A DNA stretch of 64,000 nt, taken from positions 248,001 through 312,000 of the forward strand of contig NIVC01001293.1 of assembly GCA_002269645.1 (NCBI GenBank), in the 5' to 3' direction. The notes beneath the pieces are model-generated. The model saw only the letters and a program-made list of their open reading frames with translations. It was not told the origin of the DNA and searched no databases. Positions 25,001-38,395 of the stretch are shown one piece after another (position 1 is the stretch's first letter; each line of letters begins with the position of its first letter). A program made the position numbers and the translations under genes. The DNA is from Macrostomum lignano. Taxonomy: Eukaryota.

Positions 25001-26640
25001 CCCCCAGATAGCAAGCATCCCCCCACCCCCCAGACAGCAAGCATCCCCAGACAGCAAGCATTCCCCCCCCCCAGACAGCAAACATCCCCCCCAGACAGCA
25101 AGCATCCCCCCCCAGATAGCAAGCATCCCCCCCAGACAGCAAGCATCCCCCCTCCCAGATAGCAAGCATCCCCCTCTCAGATAGCAAGCATCCCCCCAGA
25201 TAGCAAGCATCCCCCCCCCCAGATAGCAAGCATCCCCCCCCCAGATAGCAAGCATCCCCTCCAGACAGCAAGCATCCCCCCAGATAGCAAGCATCCCCCC
25301 CAGATAGCAAGCATCCCCCTCCCAGATAGCAAGCATCCCCCCTCCCAGATAGCAAGCATCCCCCCCAGACAGCAAGCATCCCCCCCCATAGATAGCAAGC
25401 ATCCCCCCAGATAGCAAGCAACCCCCCAGATACCAAGCATCCCCCCAGATACCAAGCATCCCCCCCAGACAGCAAGCATCCCCCCCCCAGATAGCAAGCA
25501 TCCCCCTAGATAGCAAGCATCCCCAGACAGCAAGCATGCCCCAGACAGCAAGCATCACCCAGATAGCAAGCATCCCCCCAGATAGCAAGCATCCCCCCCC
25601 CAGATAGCAAGCATCCCTCCAGACAGCAAGCATCCCCCCAGACAGGAAGCATCCCCCCCAGATAGCAAGCATCCCCCCAGATAGCAAGCATCCCCCAGAT
25701 AGCAAGCATCCCCCAGATAGCAAGCATCACCCAGATAGCAAGCATCCCCCAGATAGCAAGCATCCCCCCAGACAGCAAGCATCCCCCCAGACAGCAAGCA
25801 TCCCCCAGACAGCAAGTATCCCCCAGACAGCAGGCATCCCCTAGACAGCAAGCATTCCCCCCCCCAGACAGCAAGCATCCCCTAGACAGCAAGCATCCCC
25901 CCAGTTACCAAGCATCCCCCCAGACAGCAAGCATTCCCCCCCCCCCCCAGATAGCAAGCATCCCCCAGATAGCAAGCATCCCCAGACAGCAAGCATCCCC
26001 CAGACAGCAAGCATCCCCCAGATAGCAAGCATCCCCCCGAGATAGCAAGCATCCCCCCAGATAGCAAGCATCCCCCCTCCCAGATAGCAAGCATCCCCCC
26101 CAGATGGCAACCATCCCCCCCCCAGATAGCAAGCATCCCCCAGATAGCAAGCATCCCCCCACCCCCCAGACAGCAAGCATCCCCCCACCCCCCAGACAGC
26201 AAGCATCCCCCAGACAGAAAGCATCCCCCAGACAGCAAGCATCCCCCCAGACAGCAAGCATCCCCCCAGACAGCAAGCATCCCCCAGACAGCAAGCATTC
26301 CCCCCCCCCCAGACAGCAACCATCCCCCCCCAGACAGCAAGCATCCCCCCAGATAGCAAGCATCCCCCCTCCCAGATAGCAAGCATCCCCCCTCCCAGAT
26401 AGCAAGCATCCCCCCTCCCAGACAGCAAGCATCCCCCCAGACAGCAAGCATCCCCCCCAGATAGCAAGCATCCCCCCAGATAGCAAGCATCCCCCCACCC
26501 CCCAGACAGCAAGCATCCCCCAGACAGCAAGCATCCCCAGATAGCAAGCATCCCCCCAGACGGCAAGCATCCCCCCCAGACAGCAAGCATCCCCCAGACA
26601 GCAGGCATCCCCCAGACAGCAAGCATCCCCCAGACAGCAT
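22068..26640. repeat. 4.6-kb satellite, unit C(4-11)AGA(T/C)AGCAAGCAT
   Basis: Hundreds of copies with variable C-run length; the source of all long low-complexity ORFs in 22-26.6 kb. Confidence 0.97.
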
Positions 26641-27220
26641 GTAGCTAGTGCAACAATTCCCTCAGCTATTGCAATAATCGCTTTCTCAGGTACTGCAATA
26701 AATCCTTTCTAGCTAGTGCAACAATCCATGAATCAATTCACTCAGCCTGTGGGTTGAGTGAATCACCAACTTAGGCCGGTGATAACTTCTTTAACAACAA
26801 TTTATTTTGAAGCTGTTACTGGCAGTAAAATGAATTAAAAAAGAAGCGCATGAACACGTGTGCCTGTGTAGCCAGACAGAGTCACAAGCCAACACCACGA
26901 TCGAGCAACGCGCAATTGCCGGTAGTTAAAGCCAGTCACGCGCAATTTATATCATATAGCTAGGGAGTACACCGAGTCTTTCAGCTCGCTAAAAGCTATC
27001 TGAGACTTTGTAAAACTCTCGTGACTCGCTAATTCCCGTATGCAATTAAGATTGTTCCTTTATGAGTTGTCATACCAAGGTATAATGTCTGACTACCCGC
27101 CCGTTCACCTGCATTATATAGGCAAAGCACTTTTAGCGATGAACTGCCAATGTGAACTATCCGTAACACCAAGTAGCAGTCAATTTCATTCGAATCGAAA
27201 TGCGCACATGGAGAGCATCA

Positions 27221-29996
27221 TCAGAGATCCGAGTTACTCATGGATGGATAATAAGGCGGCTGAGTGAATCCGTGGACAAGTTTCAAGGAGAACGGTTCGT
27301 TAATGGCAAACGACGGCTCCGCCACTGCTACGGCCGGTTTCAGCTGCCTGTTGCCAAGCACCAGGGTCTCGAGCACGCAACTGTCTGTCTGCTGGTTGCT
27401 GCTAGTTGAGCATGGCTTCCGATGCACGAATGGCACGGAACCGTTGAGGCTCAGGCACGGCCTCCTGCCGGACGGCATGCCGTCCTCAATCATGTGACTG
27501 TAGGCTGAGGTCAGGCAGGTGCCAGTGCGGCCGTAAGTCAGCTGGAGAAAGGCCAGAGTGTCCCGAGGCACGGGCAACCGCAGGTGTTCAAACGGTCTGG
27601 CATGCGTAGGCAGGACTAGCCATTTGGGATAGACAAACCAGTGCGAATAAGTGGCCATGTGATCCCACAGGTGCGTTGAGTTTTCCTCAAAGAAGCTCAC
27701 GTCCAGGTAGGGCCAGCGCCACGGATAAGTACTGGTTCGACGCGACAAGCCTCTATCATAGATTTTGTCGTGTCCGCCAGCTTCTTGAAGCACCAGTTCT
27801 GGCGTGGCGGCTGCCAGCATTGCTGGCAAACGTCGCCGGAAAGTCTTGTTCACTAGCAGGTCGACGTCATCGTCCCAGGGCACCAGGCCGTGATGCCGAT
27901 GCGAGCCGAGCAGAGTGCCACCGTAGATTATGTAGGTGACATTGTACTTCTGGGAGTGTGACATTGTACTTCTGGGAGTGTGACATTGTACTTCTGGGAT
28001 TGTGACATTGTACTTCTGGGAGTGTGACATTGTACTTCTGGGAGTGTGACATTGTACTTCTGGGAGTGTGACATTGTACTTCTGGAAGTGTGACATTGTA
28101 CTTTTGTCGGAAGGGAGAGGGATTCCGGAAGCGAGAGGGTTGCCGGAAGGGAGAGGGTTGCCGGAAGGGAGAGAGGGTTGCCGGAAGGGAGAGAGGGTTG
28201 CCCGAAGGGAGAGGGTTGCCGGAAGGGAGAGAGGGTTGCCCGAAGGGAGAGAGGGTTGCCGGAAGGGAGAGGGTTGCCGGAAGGGAGAGAGGGTTGCCCG
28301 AAGGGAGAGGGTAATTGCTTGGAGCGAATGGTTTGAGACCTCAAAGTCTTTAGGGACTTCTTTGATAGGTCTCTAAGTGTAACTACAAGCGTTATTGAGC
28401 TAATAACTCACTTCGCTACAGCAGGACTCACCCGAAAAACATGGTCGATTCTCTTCAACAGTCGCAGCATAACCCACCGCTCCTGCTTTGTCACGAACGG
28501 CTTAAACAGCTTCACATTCTTGACCCGCTCTCTGGCCTTAGCCAGATCCCGGTCCAGCTTTGTTAAAGTGCGAGCTGTAGTCGATGAGAATTTCAGAATT
28601 TTTAATGTACTTTTAGATTTAGGACTTTTCTTGGCGTTGACAGCTGTCGCTGAATAACTCTTCATTGTTGTCGATTTCTGCCGACTCGCGGCTCCCTGCG
28701 TCAGCGAAAGATTTTGGCGTTTCACTTTTGGATTTAATTAAGGCTTAAATTTCCTGTGTTATGGCTCCAAGTTTCAGAGGCTGGGTTCGTGTTGTACAAG
28801 CCTAATCCAGTTTACCAACTTGTAAGATTTCTCAAACTGCCCAGCTTAAAACTACGAGCCTAGAAAGGAAAAGTTGAAGCCTTAGAAAAGTAAAAGCAGT
28901 CAGTCAGTCAGTCAGTCAGTCAGTCAGTCAGTCAGTCAGTCAGTCAGTCAGTCAGTCAGCCAGTCAGTCAGTCAGTCAGTCAGTCAGTCAGTCAGTCAGT
29001 CAGTCAGTCAGTCAGTCAGTCAGTCAGTCAGTCAGTCAGTCAGTCAGTCAGTCAGTCAGTCAGTCAGTCAGTCAGTCAGTCAGTCAGTCAGTCAGTCAGT
29101 CAGTCAGTCAGCCACTCACTCAAGTCAGTCAGTCAGTCAGTCAGTCAGCCACTCACTCAAGTCAGTCAGTCAGTCAGTCAGTCAGTCAGTCAGTCAGTCA
29201 GTCAGTCAGTCAGTCAGTCAGTCAGTCAGCCAGTCAGTCAGCCACTCACTCAAGTCAGTCAGTCAGTCAGTCAGTCAGTCAGCCACTCACTCAAGTCAGT
29301 CAGTCAGTCAGTCAGTCAGTCAGCCACTCACTCAAGTCAGTCAGTCAGTCAGTCAGTCAGTCAGCCAGTCAGTCAGTCAGCCAGTCAGTCAGTCAGTCAG
29401 CCAGTCAGTCAGTCAGTCAGTCAGTCAGTCAGTCAGTTAGTCAGTCAATCAGTCAGTCAGTCAGTCAATCAGTCAGCCAGTCAGTCAGTCAGCCAGTCAG
29501 TCAGTCAGTCAGCCAGTCAGTCAGTCAGTCAGTCAGTCAGTCAGTCAGTTAGTCAGTCAATCAGTCAGTCAGTCAGTCAGTCAGTCAGTCAGTCAGTCAG
29601 TCAGTCAGTCAGCCAGTCAGTCAGCCACTCACTCAAGTCAGTCAGTCAGTCAGTCAGTCAGTCAGTCAGTCAGTCAGCCAGTCAGTCAGTCAGTCAGCCA
29701 GTCAGTCAGTCAGTCAGTCAGCCAGTCAGTCAGTCAGTCAGTCAGTCAGTCAGTCAGTCAGTCAGTCAATCAGTATTTACCTTGTCAGGTGCAAGGGTCC
29801 GCACAGCTTCATGCATATTTTCGCCAGAGATTCGTACAAAGTGCTGGTCAGGCGGGGGAAAATTCAGTTGCTTGCGATCGATGTGCTTCGTGTTGTGACG
29901 AATGGCTTCGGACAGCAGCAAAATTAGCAAAGCCAGCATCAAGAAGTTGAGCAGTCTGCACGGAGTAGGCACGATTTTGCGACAAGAAATTCGCAT
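27221..29996 (-). CDS. LicD / fukutin-related nucleotidyltransferase-fold protein (type II membrane), exons 29996-29781, ~28695-28432, 27949-27221
   Basis: YIIYGGTLLGSHRHHGLVPWDDDVD and WPYLDVSFF are LicD signatures; N-terminal TM LLNFLMLALLILLL; donors AAG|GTAAAT and CGG|GTGAGT. The spliced product reads IDHVFR|KYNVTYIIYGG. The exon-2 acceptor is the least certain part. Confidence 0.8.
27936..28105 (-). repeat. 22-bp tandem repeat containing the LicD exon-3 splice acceptor (7 CAG copies)
   Basis: Minus-strand unit (A)CACTCCCAG|AAGTACAATGTC; CTTCTG occurs at 27947, 27969, 27991, 28013, 28035, 28057 and 28079. Confidence 0.9.
28108..28312. repeat. Purine-rich 19-21 bp minisatellite GGAAGGGAGA(GA)GGGTTGCC
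   Basis: Direct reading; intronic. Confidence 0.9.
28897..29772. repeat. (CAGT)n microsatellite with CAGCCACTCACTCAAG interruptions
   Basis: Direct reading. Confidence 0.97.
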
Positions 29997-30369
29997 GACT
30001 GCTCTATCCTAGGTCGAAATTAGAGTTGGAGCAGGGCAAGTATTTTTTGAGAAATTGATATATTTCTCTTCTTTGAGCATAGTTGCAATTTAACAGGAGC
30101 AGGAAGGTAAACGATCCGCTCTCCAGAGCTGACTGCTGCCCTGCTCAATGCTTCAGGGACACGACTAACAGCTGTTAGACGGGAGGAAATCTTCCGCTTG
30201 CTGGAACAACGTGCTACAGTGTGACGTTTCGTATCTCGGTATGAATGCATAGTGAGGAAATATGAGATCCAGTCACATTTACATGGCCCCCGCTAACTAA
30301 ATAGTGCTTGATACATTTGTCCAGTGCAGTATAGTAGGTCATGGGCGATTCTGTCTGTGTCTATTGCGT

Positions 30370-31460
30370 TAATCAAGCGACAGTTTCTGATGAATTAAGA
30401 GGCCATTTCCAGTTTATCAAGCTATGCAGTTTCTGATGAATCAAGAGGCCATTTCCAGTTTATCAAGCTATGCAGTTTCTGATGAATCAAGAGGCCATTT
30501 CCAGTTTATCAAGCTATGCAGTTTCTGATGAATCAAGAGGCCATTTCCAGTTTATCAAGCTATGCAGTTTCTGATTAATCAAGAGGCCATTTCCAGTTTA
30601 TCAAGCTATGCAGTTTCTGATTAATCAAGAGGCCATTTCCAGTTTATCAAGCTATGCAGTTTCTGATGAATCAAGAGGCCATTTCCAGTTTATCAAGCTA
30701 TGCAGTTTCTGATTAATCAAGAGGCCATTTCCAGTTTATCAAGCTATGCAGTTTCTGATGAATCAAGAGGCCATTTCCAGTTTATCAAGCTATGCAGTTT
30801 CTGATGAATCAAGAGGCCATTTCCAGTTTATCAAGCTATGCAGTTTCTGATTAATCAAGAGGCCATTTCCAGTTTATCAAGCTATGCAGTTTCTGATGAA
30901 TCAAGAGGCCATTTCCAGTTTATCAAGCTATGCAGTTTCTGATTAATCAAGAGGCCATTTCCAGTTTATCAAGCTATGCAGTTTCTGATTAATCAAGAGG
31001 CCATTTCCAGTTTATCAAGCTATGCAGTTTCTGATTAATCAAGAGGCCATTTTCAGTTTATCAAGCTATGCAGTTTCTGATTAATCAAAAGGCCATCTCC
31101 AGTTAATCAAGCGACAGTGCCTGATTAATCAAAAGGCCATTTCCAGTTAATCAAGCGACAGTTTCTGATTAATCAAAAGGCCATTTCCAGTTAATCAAGC
31201 GACAGTGCCTGATTAATCAAAAGGCCATTTCCAGTTAATCAAGCGACAGTTTCTGATTAATCAAAAGGCCATTTCCAGTTAATCAAGCGACAGTGCCTGA
31301 TTAATCAAAAGGCCATCTCCAGTTAATCAAGCGACAGTGCCTGATTAATCAAAAGGCCATTTCCAGTTAATCAAGCGACAGTTTCTGATTAGTGATGAGG
31401 CCATTTCCAGTTAATCAAGCGACAGTTTCTGATTAGTGATGAGGCCTTTACCAGTTTATC
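30370..31460. repeat. 46-bp minisatellite CAGTTTCTGATGAATCAAGAGGCCATTTCCAGTTTATCAAGCTATG
   Basis: More than 20 copies, with polarised variants toward the 3' end. Confidence 0.95.
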
Positions 31461-32512
31461 CAGTGACAGTTTTCGTCCTACTTTACTCATGACGAATTTC
31501 GAATTATTACTACTCAAAATGAACTTTGATCAATATTCTTACCTGTATTAGGTAGCTGTCAGAAACTTATCTCACCTGATATCGGATGTCTGCACGTGCG
31601 TGACCAGAATCGGCTATGGAGGCTAAAGAAACGTTCTCAAGGAGGCTGAGACATCTGACGGCTCACGTCACGGTCGCGGGCAGTTGAAGTCGCAGTTGAT
31701 TTATCTTCAACTGTCTGGTGTGACGCGAGTCGTGCTTTACATAAGTTTGACCGAATAAAAATAACTGTGAAAATTATTGTATTGTTCTAAACCCCCGCGT
31801 CGTTAAAGTCCACTTGCTGTCTTGCTGCTTCTATAAGCTACCCTATGGCCAGCCTCCTTTCGGTTTCAAATAGATCGTTGCCTTGCCACGATGATGCGCT
31901 GAGTTTCCTGTTGGCGCAACCGGGGGTGCATCCTGAAATGTTGAAAATAGCACCGGATCTCTATGGATCTCTGACAAAATAGGAGACAACTCGTATTAGT
32001 TACGGATGAAGCATGCTCGCCCTAATGTTTCTTAGGTTCGATTCTGCATGAATTTGCGGCTCAAGCATGAAATATCGGCCTTCCAGTATGCGTACTCGTC
32101 TGCGCCTCCTCACTTGCTGCGTGTTGGCTGTGGCCGGAGCTGATCTAATCAAATTTTGCTCTAATCGACACTGAACAAAGTCATTAGGAACTTGAACGAA
32201 TTGGGAAGACGAGCAGAGAGCTCAAGAACGGATGAACGGATTCAAGTTACCAGGAAGCGGAATTTCTTGAAAGGATCCAAGAATACGTCTTAGACTGCTT
32301 CTTCTCTCTGTGTATCATTGCTTCCGTGTTTCAAGCCAGTTTTTGTTCTGAGCTCTCAAAGTGTTTCCTTCTCAATTGTCCATGCTAATGAGAACAGACG
32401 GTACCGCTTTCAGCTTTCAGGAATAGCTCGTAAATCTCAGAGCAAACATCAACAGAAACTTGGCTAAGTAATTTTGGGCGTGTGCCTGACCTCCTGTTGC
32501 CCCATGCTTGTC

Positions 32513-33122
<610 letters not shown>

Positions 33123-33327
33123 TCTTAAAGTACCTTGTCTCTAGCTACATTCTACTTTGAGTTTAGCCCATCTGCCTCGTGATTGGCCGCTGCCCTAGTT
33201 TAAGATCTGCCGTATTAGTAGATATCCATCTGAGATAAAACACGGAGCTCAGACGAAAAAAAGTGAAACCAAAGTTTTAGGCTGTACTTTGAATCATCTT
33301 GACTTAAACACAAGTTCGGTGCCAACC

Positions 33328-35248
33328 ATGCCAGACAATGATACAATTCAGGTTGTCGAAGTTGGTGCAGAGCCGGGCAGCGCCTTGGACAGTTCCGCCA
33401 TCCGCGCCCTGTCCTTGGCTTATCGACTGGCCTTCGTCTGGGTGGTGCCGGTTCTGTACCTGCTAGGCTGTTGCGGCAGCGCCCTGTGCGCTCTGGTGCT
33501 CCTCCGTAGCCGTTGCACCAGACGGGAGCTCGCTAGGCCCTGGTTTATAGCACTCTGCCTGATGGACATTGGCGTGCTAAGCGTGGGCCTGACGCTGTTG
33601 TATGCCAACATTGTGCAGGTGAGAGCAGCAAATAATTCAACGAAACGTTTCACAATCAACAGAACACGTCACCACAACCAACAGAATACGTCACCACAAA
33701 CCAGCAGAACACGTCACCACAAACCAGCAGAACACGTCATCACATCCAGCAGAACACGTCATCACATCCAGCAGAACACGTCACCACAAACCAACAGAAT
33801 ACGTCACCACAACCAACAGAATACGTCACCACAACCAACAGAACACGTCACCACAACCAACAGAACACGTCACCACAACCAACAGAACACGTCACCACAA
33901 CCAACAGAACACGTCATCACATCCAGCAGAACACGTCACCACAAACCAGCAGAACACGTCATCACATCCAGCAGAACACGTCATTACATCCAGCAGAACA
34001 CGTCACCACAAACCAACAGAACACGTCACCACAACCAACAGAACACGTCACCACAACCAACAGAACACGTCACCACAACCAACAGAACACGTCACCACAA
34101 CCAACAGAACACGTCACCACAACCAACAGAACACGTCACCACAACCAGCAGAACACGTCACCACAACCAACAGAACACGTCACCACAACCAGCAGAACAC
34201 GTCATCACAACCATATTTATTGTTGATGCTCTCCTGACTTGAACTTGGACAACTGATAGGTGCTGCTTGCCCTGGACGGCTCAGGAGTGAAGGAGCTCGA
34301 TCCCAGGAAATGGAATGCAGCCTGCTGCTACGGCATCATGACTCTGCAGCTGTTCACCCTACTGGCTTCCAGTTGGGTTCAGGTCAGTAGCTTTACCAAT
34401 TCGTCTTAAAGTCGATGCTCTTTTATGTTTTAGCTGATAATTAGCCATCGATTCATGCTCAGGTTGGTATTTCCCTTCTACGCTGCTTGTCAATCGTACT
34501 GCCAGTCAGTGATCGCAGTTCTCGTCAAGCTTTGACTGTCACTCTGGCCGCCTCAATGCTGGCGGTTGCCTGCGTGGTGCCCAGCACTTTGGAGTTCAGG
34601 GTCAGCAGCAACTCGACCGGACCAGGGCAAGGCAGCTGCCAGCCAAGATCGAACTCCCAAGGATACTACTACAGTAGTATAACTCTTCGAGTCCTGCTAC
34701 CGGCAGCTTGCCTTACCGTCAGCACGGCCGTCATGCTGTACAGTCTGTACAGGTTCCGCCGAACTTTCAATCATCAAGTTGACGAAGCCAGTCGCAGATT
34801 AAATCAGCAGCGCCGTCGGGTTGGGCTGATCCTGATCGGTATGAACTGCAGCTTCCTGGTGTTCGCCCTGCCCTACGAGCTGCTGCTCTTGGCCAGAAAC
34901 TATGCTCAACCGTCGGCACCAACGGAGCTAGGGGAATTGGTTACTCTGAACATTTTCGAACGGGCCCTGTCCATACTGATGTACGCCAACAATGCTAGCA
35001 ACTGGGTCTTCTACCTGGTCCTTGGAGGCCGATTTCGCAACGAAATGCGTCGCTGGCTGCTGCAGCTGCTCATGTGCTGCTCTGGACGTCTTCAGAGGCG
35101 TCTTCGACAGCGGCAGCAGCGGAAGCGGCTGAGGCGACGTCAGCATCAGAGACAGGTGTTGCTGTTTCAGCAGCGACTAACAGCAAGTCAGAGGCAGCGG
35201 TGCGAGTACAGACTGACGCCCAGGCAGATCTATGGACGACCAGTTTGA
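33328..35248 (+). CDS. Class A (rhodopsin-like) peptide-receptor-type GPCR, exons 33328-33618, 34260-34382, 34463-35248 (399 aa)
   Basis: Seven hydrophobic segments; TM2 LCLMDIGVL, DRY-position SLLRC, TM4 VVPSTLEF, TM6 FALPYELL, TM7 NNASNWVFY. GT-AG introns in phase 0. Confidence 0.85.
33655..34212. repeat. 18-21 bp minisatellite (AACAGAACACGTCACCAC) in GPCR intron 1
   Basis: Direct reading. Confidence 0.92.
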
Positions 35249-35339
35249 CTGCGCCTCTGAGAAAGTTTCGACTGTTTCTAGCGTGGAAGGGTGCACGTTA
35301 CCACCTTTCCTGTCGTTTTATGTCTAAGACTGTCAACCC

Positions 35340-36126
35340 GTGCTATAGATTATGGAATCCTTTCTGACCCCTGCTATGGATGATGGAATCCTTTCTGACC
35401 CCTGCTATGGATGATGGAATCCTTTCTGACCCCTGCTATGGATGATGGAATCCTTTCTGACCCCTGCTATGGATGATGGAATCCTTTCTGACCCTGCTAT
35501 AGATGATGGAATCCTTTCTGACCCTGCTATAGATGATGGAATCCTTTCTGACCCCTGCTATGGATGATGGAATCCTTTCTGACCCCTGCTATAGATGATT
35601 GAATCCTTTCTGACCCCTGCTATGGATGATGGAATCCTTTCTGACCCCTGCTATGGATGATGGAATCCTTTCTGACCCCTGCTATGGATGATGGAATCCT
35701 TTCTGACCCCTGCTATAGATGATGGAATCCTTTCTGACCCCTGCTATAGATGATGGAATCCTTTCTGACCCCTGCTATAGATGATGGAATCCTTTCTGAC
35801 CCCTGCTATAGATGATGGAATCCTTTCTGACCCCTGCTATGGATGATGGAATCCTTTCTGACCCCTGCTATGGATGATGGAATCCTTTCTGACCCTGCTA
35901 TAGATGATGGAATCCTTTCTGATCCCTGCTATGGATGATGGAATCCTTTCTGACCCCTGCTATAGATGATGGAATCCTTTCTGACCCCTGCTATAGATGA
36001 TGGAATCCTTTCTGACCCCTGCTATAGATGATGGAATCCTTTCTGACCCCTGCTATAGATGATGGAATCCTTTCTGACCCCTGCTATGGATGATGGAATC
36101 CTTTCTGACCCCTGCTATAGATGATG
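35340..36126. repeat. 31-bp minisatellite GATGATGGAATCCTTTCTGACCCCTGCTAT(G/A)
   Basis: About 25 copies. Confidence 0.95.
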
Positions 36127-36781
36127 GTACATTGTACACGCGGAAAACTACCCTGGTGAAGAACCCGTCATTGTCTTGTATTCACTTCCTAGTTTCAGCA
36201 GAAGTAACTTAATAAGTCCGGGCCTTGAGCAGAGGCAACATATTTTTCTGAAAATTTTCAAGTCCTCGGGGTCACTCCGTTACGCACAATCTGCATACTT
36301 AATTAAACAGACCAACTGAAGGAAAACACCTTTTAGCTGCTAGCTTTTAGCTCTTTTTGTGTTTTCTTTAGCCTCTTTTTTAGCTTATTACATCCACTGC
36401 GATTTATTATCAACAGAAATTTCATTAAACTTCAATAGATCGTGATCAATGAATGCAATGTCAAAACAAGTCCAGGCACGAACGAAGCTGACGTAAACAA
36501 AATTATTAATCAGATTTTTGTTTGTTTGAATCGAATTTTTTGTGGATATTTCGATGCTTGTCGATATTAGATATATTTATATATTTAGATATATAGATAT
36601 TTATTTCGATATTTCGATTCCATCGTGGTTACTTGTGGTTAATGTGGTTAAGAAATTAATTAAAGTCCTACACTGGCTCTTCTCTGTCTAAATACCACGC
36701 GGTCCTATTGCTACACTCTCCCTCACTGTCTCTTCAAATTCAAAAGCGATAAGAAATCCGAAAATCAGCATGTGGTTTTTT

Positions 36782-36820
36782 CGACGCGTTTCGCACACCA
36801 AGGTGCATCGTCAGGTATAT
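36782..36820 (-). ncRNA. Minimal type I hammerhead ribozyme motif (PLE-associated), GUC site intact
   Basis: CTGACGA-T-GCAC(CTTGGT)GTGC-GAAA-CGC-GTC; stem II is formed, stem I is weak. Confidence 0.6.
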
Positions 36821-38164
36821 TGTTTGAAACGAAAGGTGTGAGTAAGCGAATTTATAAATTATTTGTCTATGAAACGTATGTAGCTGGTGATCAGTAAGTA
36901 TTTTGTATGTACAGAGTAGTAGGAGGTTGATAGTCCGTAGGGCGGGGCGAAGACCAATAGGCAGAAAACGAAATATAATTGAATGAGCACTGGTTACAAC
37001 AAGGTCAGCAAGGTCAGTGCTCTCTCACTCAGAATACACGGAGAACATGGCCTGCACCACTATGTTGGAGTTGCGTATTAAGGGTGGGCGACTGGTTTTT
37101 AGGTACAAGGCTTCTAAGATCTTGAGCTTGTGATCAGATGGGCATTGGTCGATGATTTTAAAACGTTCTTCAGGTGTACAATTAGAGTAACTGTTACATT
37201 CCAAAAGGTGGGTTTGGATGGCCGACGGTTTGAGCCAGTGCTCCCTGGTTCTAGTGTGCAGGTGTCTTTTGGTCTTCCCCACGTAGGAGACGCTCTGGTC
37301 AACAGAGCAGTTGAAACAGTAGACAACACCTGCACGCAGAGCAGGGGGTACACGTGAATTTAACCGACCGACAAAACTGCCAACTTTGGAAGAGCGGAAA
37401 ATAACGCGAATTTGGCTGTTGAAAGAGTTGTGGAATAATTTGCAAATCCTGTTTTTGAAGGTGAGAGAAGGATGGCCAAAGAAAGGGAGAATGAGGGTTG
37501 GTTCACTAAGGTCAATGTGGTCAGGTTTGGAAACTTTTAGGTTATTCACTCTTTCAGAAATGAATTTGTGGATGTTGTGGTGGATGAAGAACCGGACACT
37601 GCCGGTGGCGCGGCCTTTGTTCGCGCCCAAGCCATGAAGCGCGCCCTGTGACGCTGACTTTTGCCATCCTGACAGCGTATTTTGTTGTTGTTGTTGGTGG
37701 TGGTGGTGGATGAAGGCAGATGGGTAACCGTTTTGTTGGAGCATTTTGGTCAGGAATCTAATTTCTTGGTCCAAACCCACCTTTTGGAATGTAACAGTTA
37801 CTCTAATTGTACACCTGAAGAACGTTTTAAAATCATCGACCAATGCCCATCTGATCACAAGCTCAAGATCTTAGAAGCCTTGTACCTAAAAACCAGTCGC
37901 CCACCCTTAATACGCAACTCCAACATAGTGGTGCAGGCCATGTTCTCCGTGTATTCTGAGTGAGAGAGCACTGACCTTGCTGACCTTGTTGTAACCAGTG
38001 CTCATTCAATTATATTTCGTTTTCTGCCTATTGGTCTTCGCCCCGCCCTACGGACTATCAACCTCCTACTACTCTGTACATACAAAATACTTACTCACCA
38101 GCTACATACGTTTCATAGACAAATAATTTATAAATTCGCTTACTCACACCTTTCGTTTCAAACA

Positions 38165-38203
38165 ATATACCTGACGATGCACCTTGGTGTGCGAAACGCG
38201 CCG
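38165..38203 (+). ncRNA. Second hammerhead motif copy with GUC>GCC change
   Basis: Same core as 36782-36820 but ending GAAACGCGCC. Confidence 0.5.
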
Positions 38204-38395
38204 AAAAAACCACATGTTGATTTTCGGATTTCTTTTTATTTTATTTGCCAAGCGAGCCACTTTACCTGATTCAAAAGCGATAGTTTAGCAAAATAATTAC
38301 TTTTTCACGATAACAAGTATTGAAGAGTATACAGAAAATTGTCAATAATAATTAAGCGTAATCTGTCAGCACGTGAGGTTCCTGCGTTCTTAAAT

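Larger units (their letters stand above)
36752..38268 (-). mobile_element. 5'-truncated Penelope-like element with an inverted duplicate 3' end
   Basis: Minus-strand ORF with RT-thumb end QQNGYPSAFI and GIY-YIG-like VVYCFNC...YVGKTKRHLHTRTREH...ILEALYL; ~465-bp inverted repeats at 36751-37218 and 37770-38234; 14-bp direct repeat ATTCAAAAGCGATA at 36738-36751 and 38269-38282. Confidence 0.88.

Noticed and set aside
22049-26640. Very long ORFs (up to 1029 aa) on the minus strand
   Set aside because: They are translations of the satellite, open in several frames because the unit lacks stops on that strand.
32088-32390. Signal-peptide-like start (MRTRLRLLTCCVLAVAGA) suggesting an insulin-like or neuropeptide precursor
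   Set aside because: It stops after 28 codons, needs several frameshifts, and lacks the insulin cysteine pattern.
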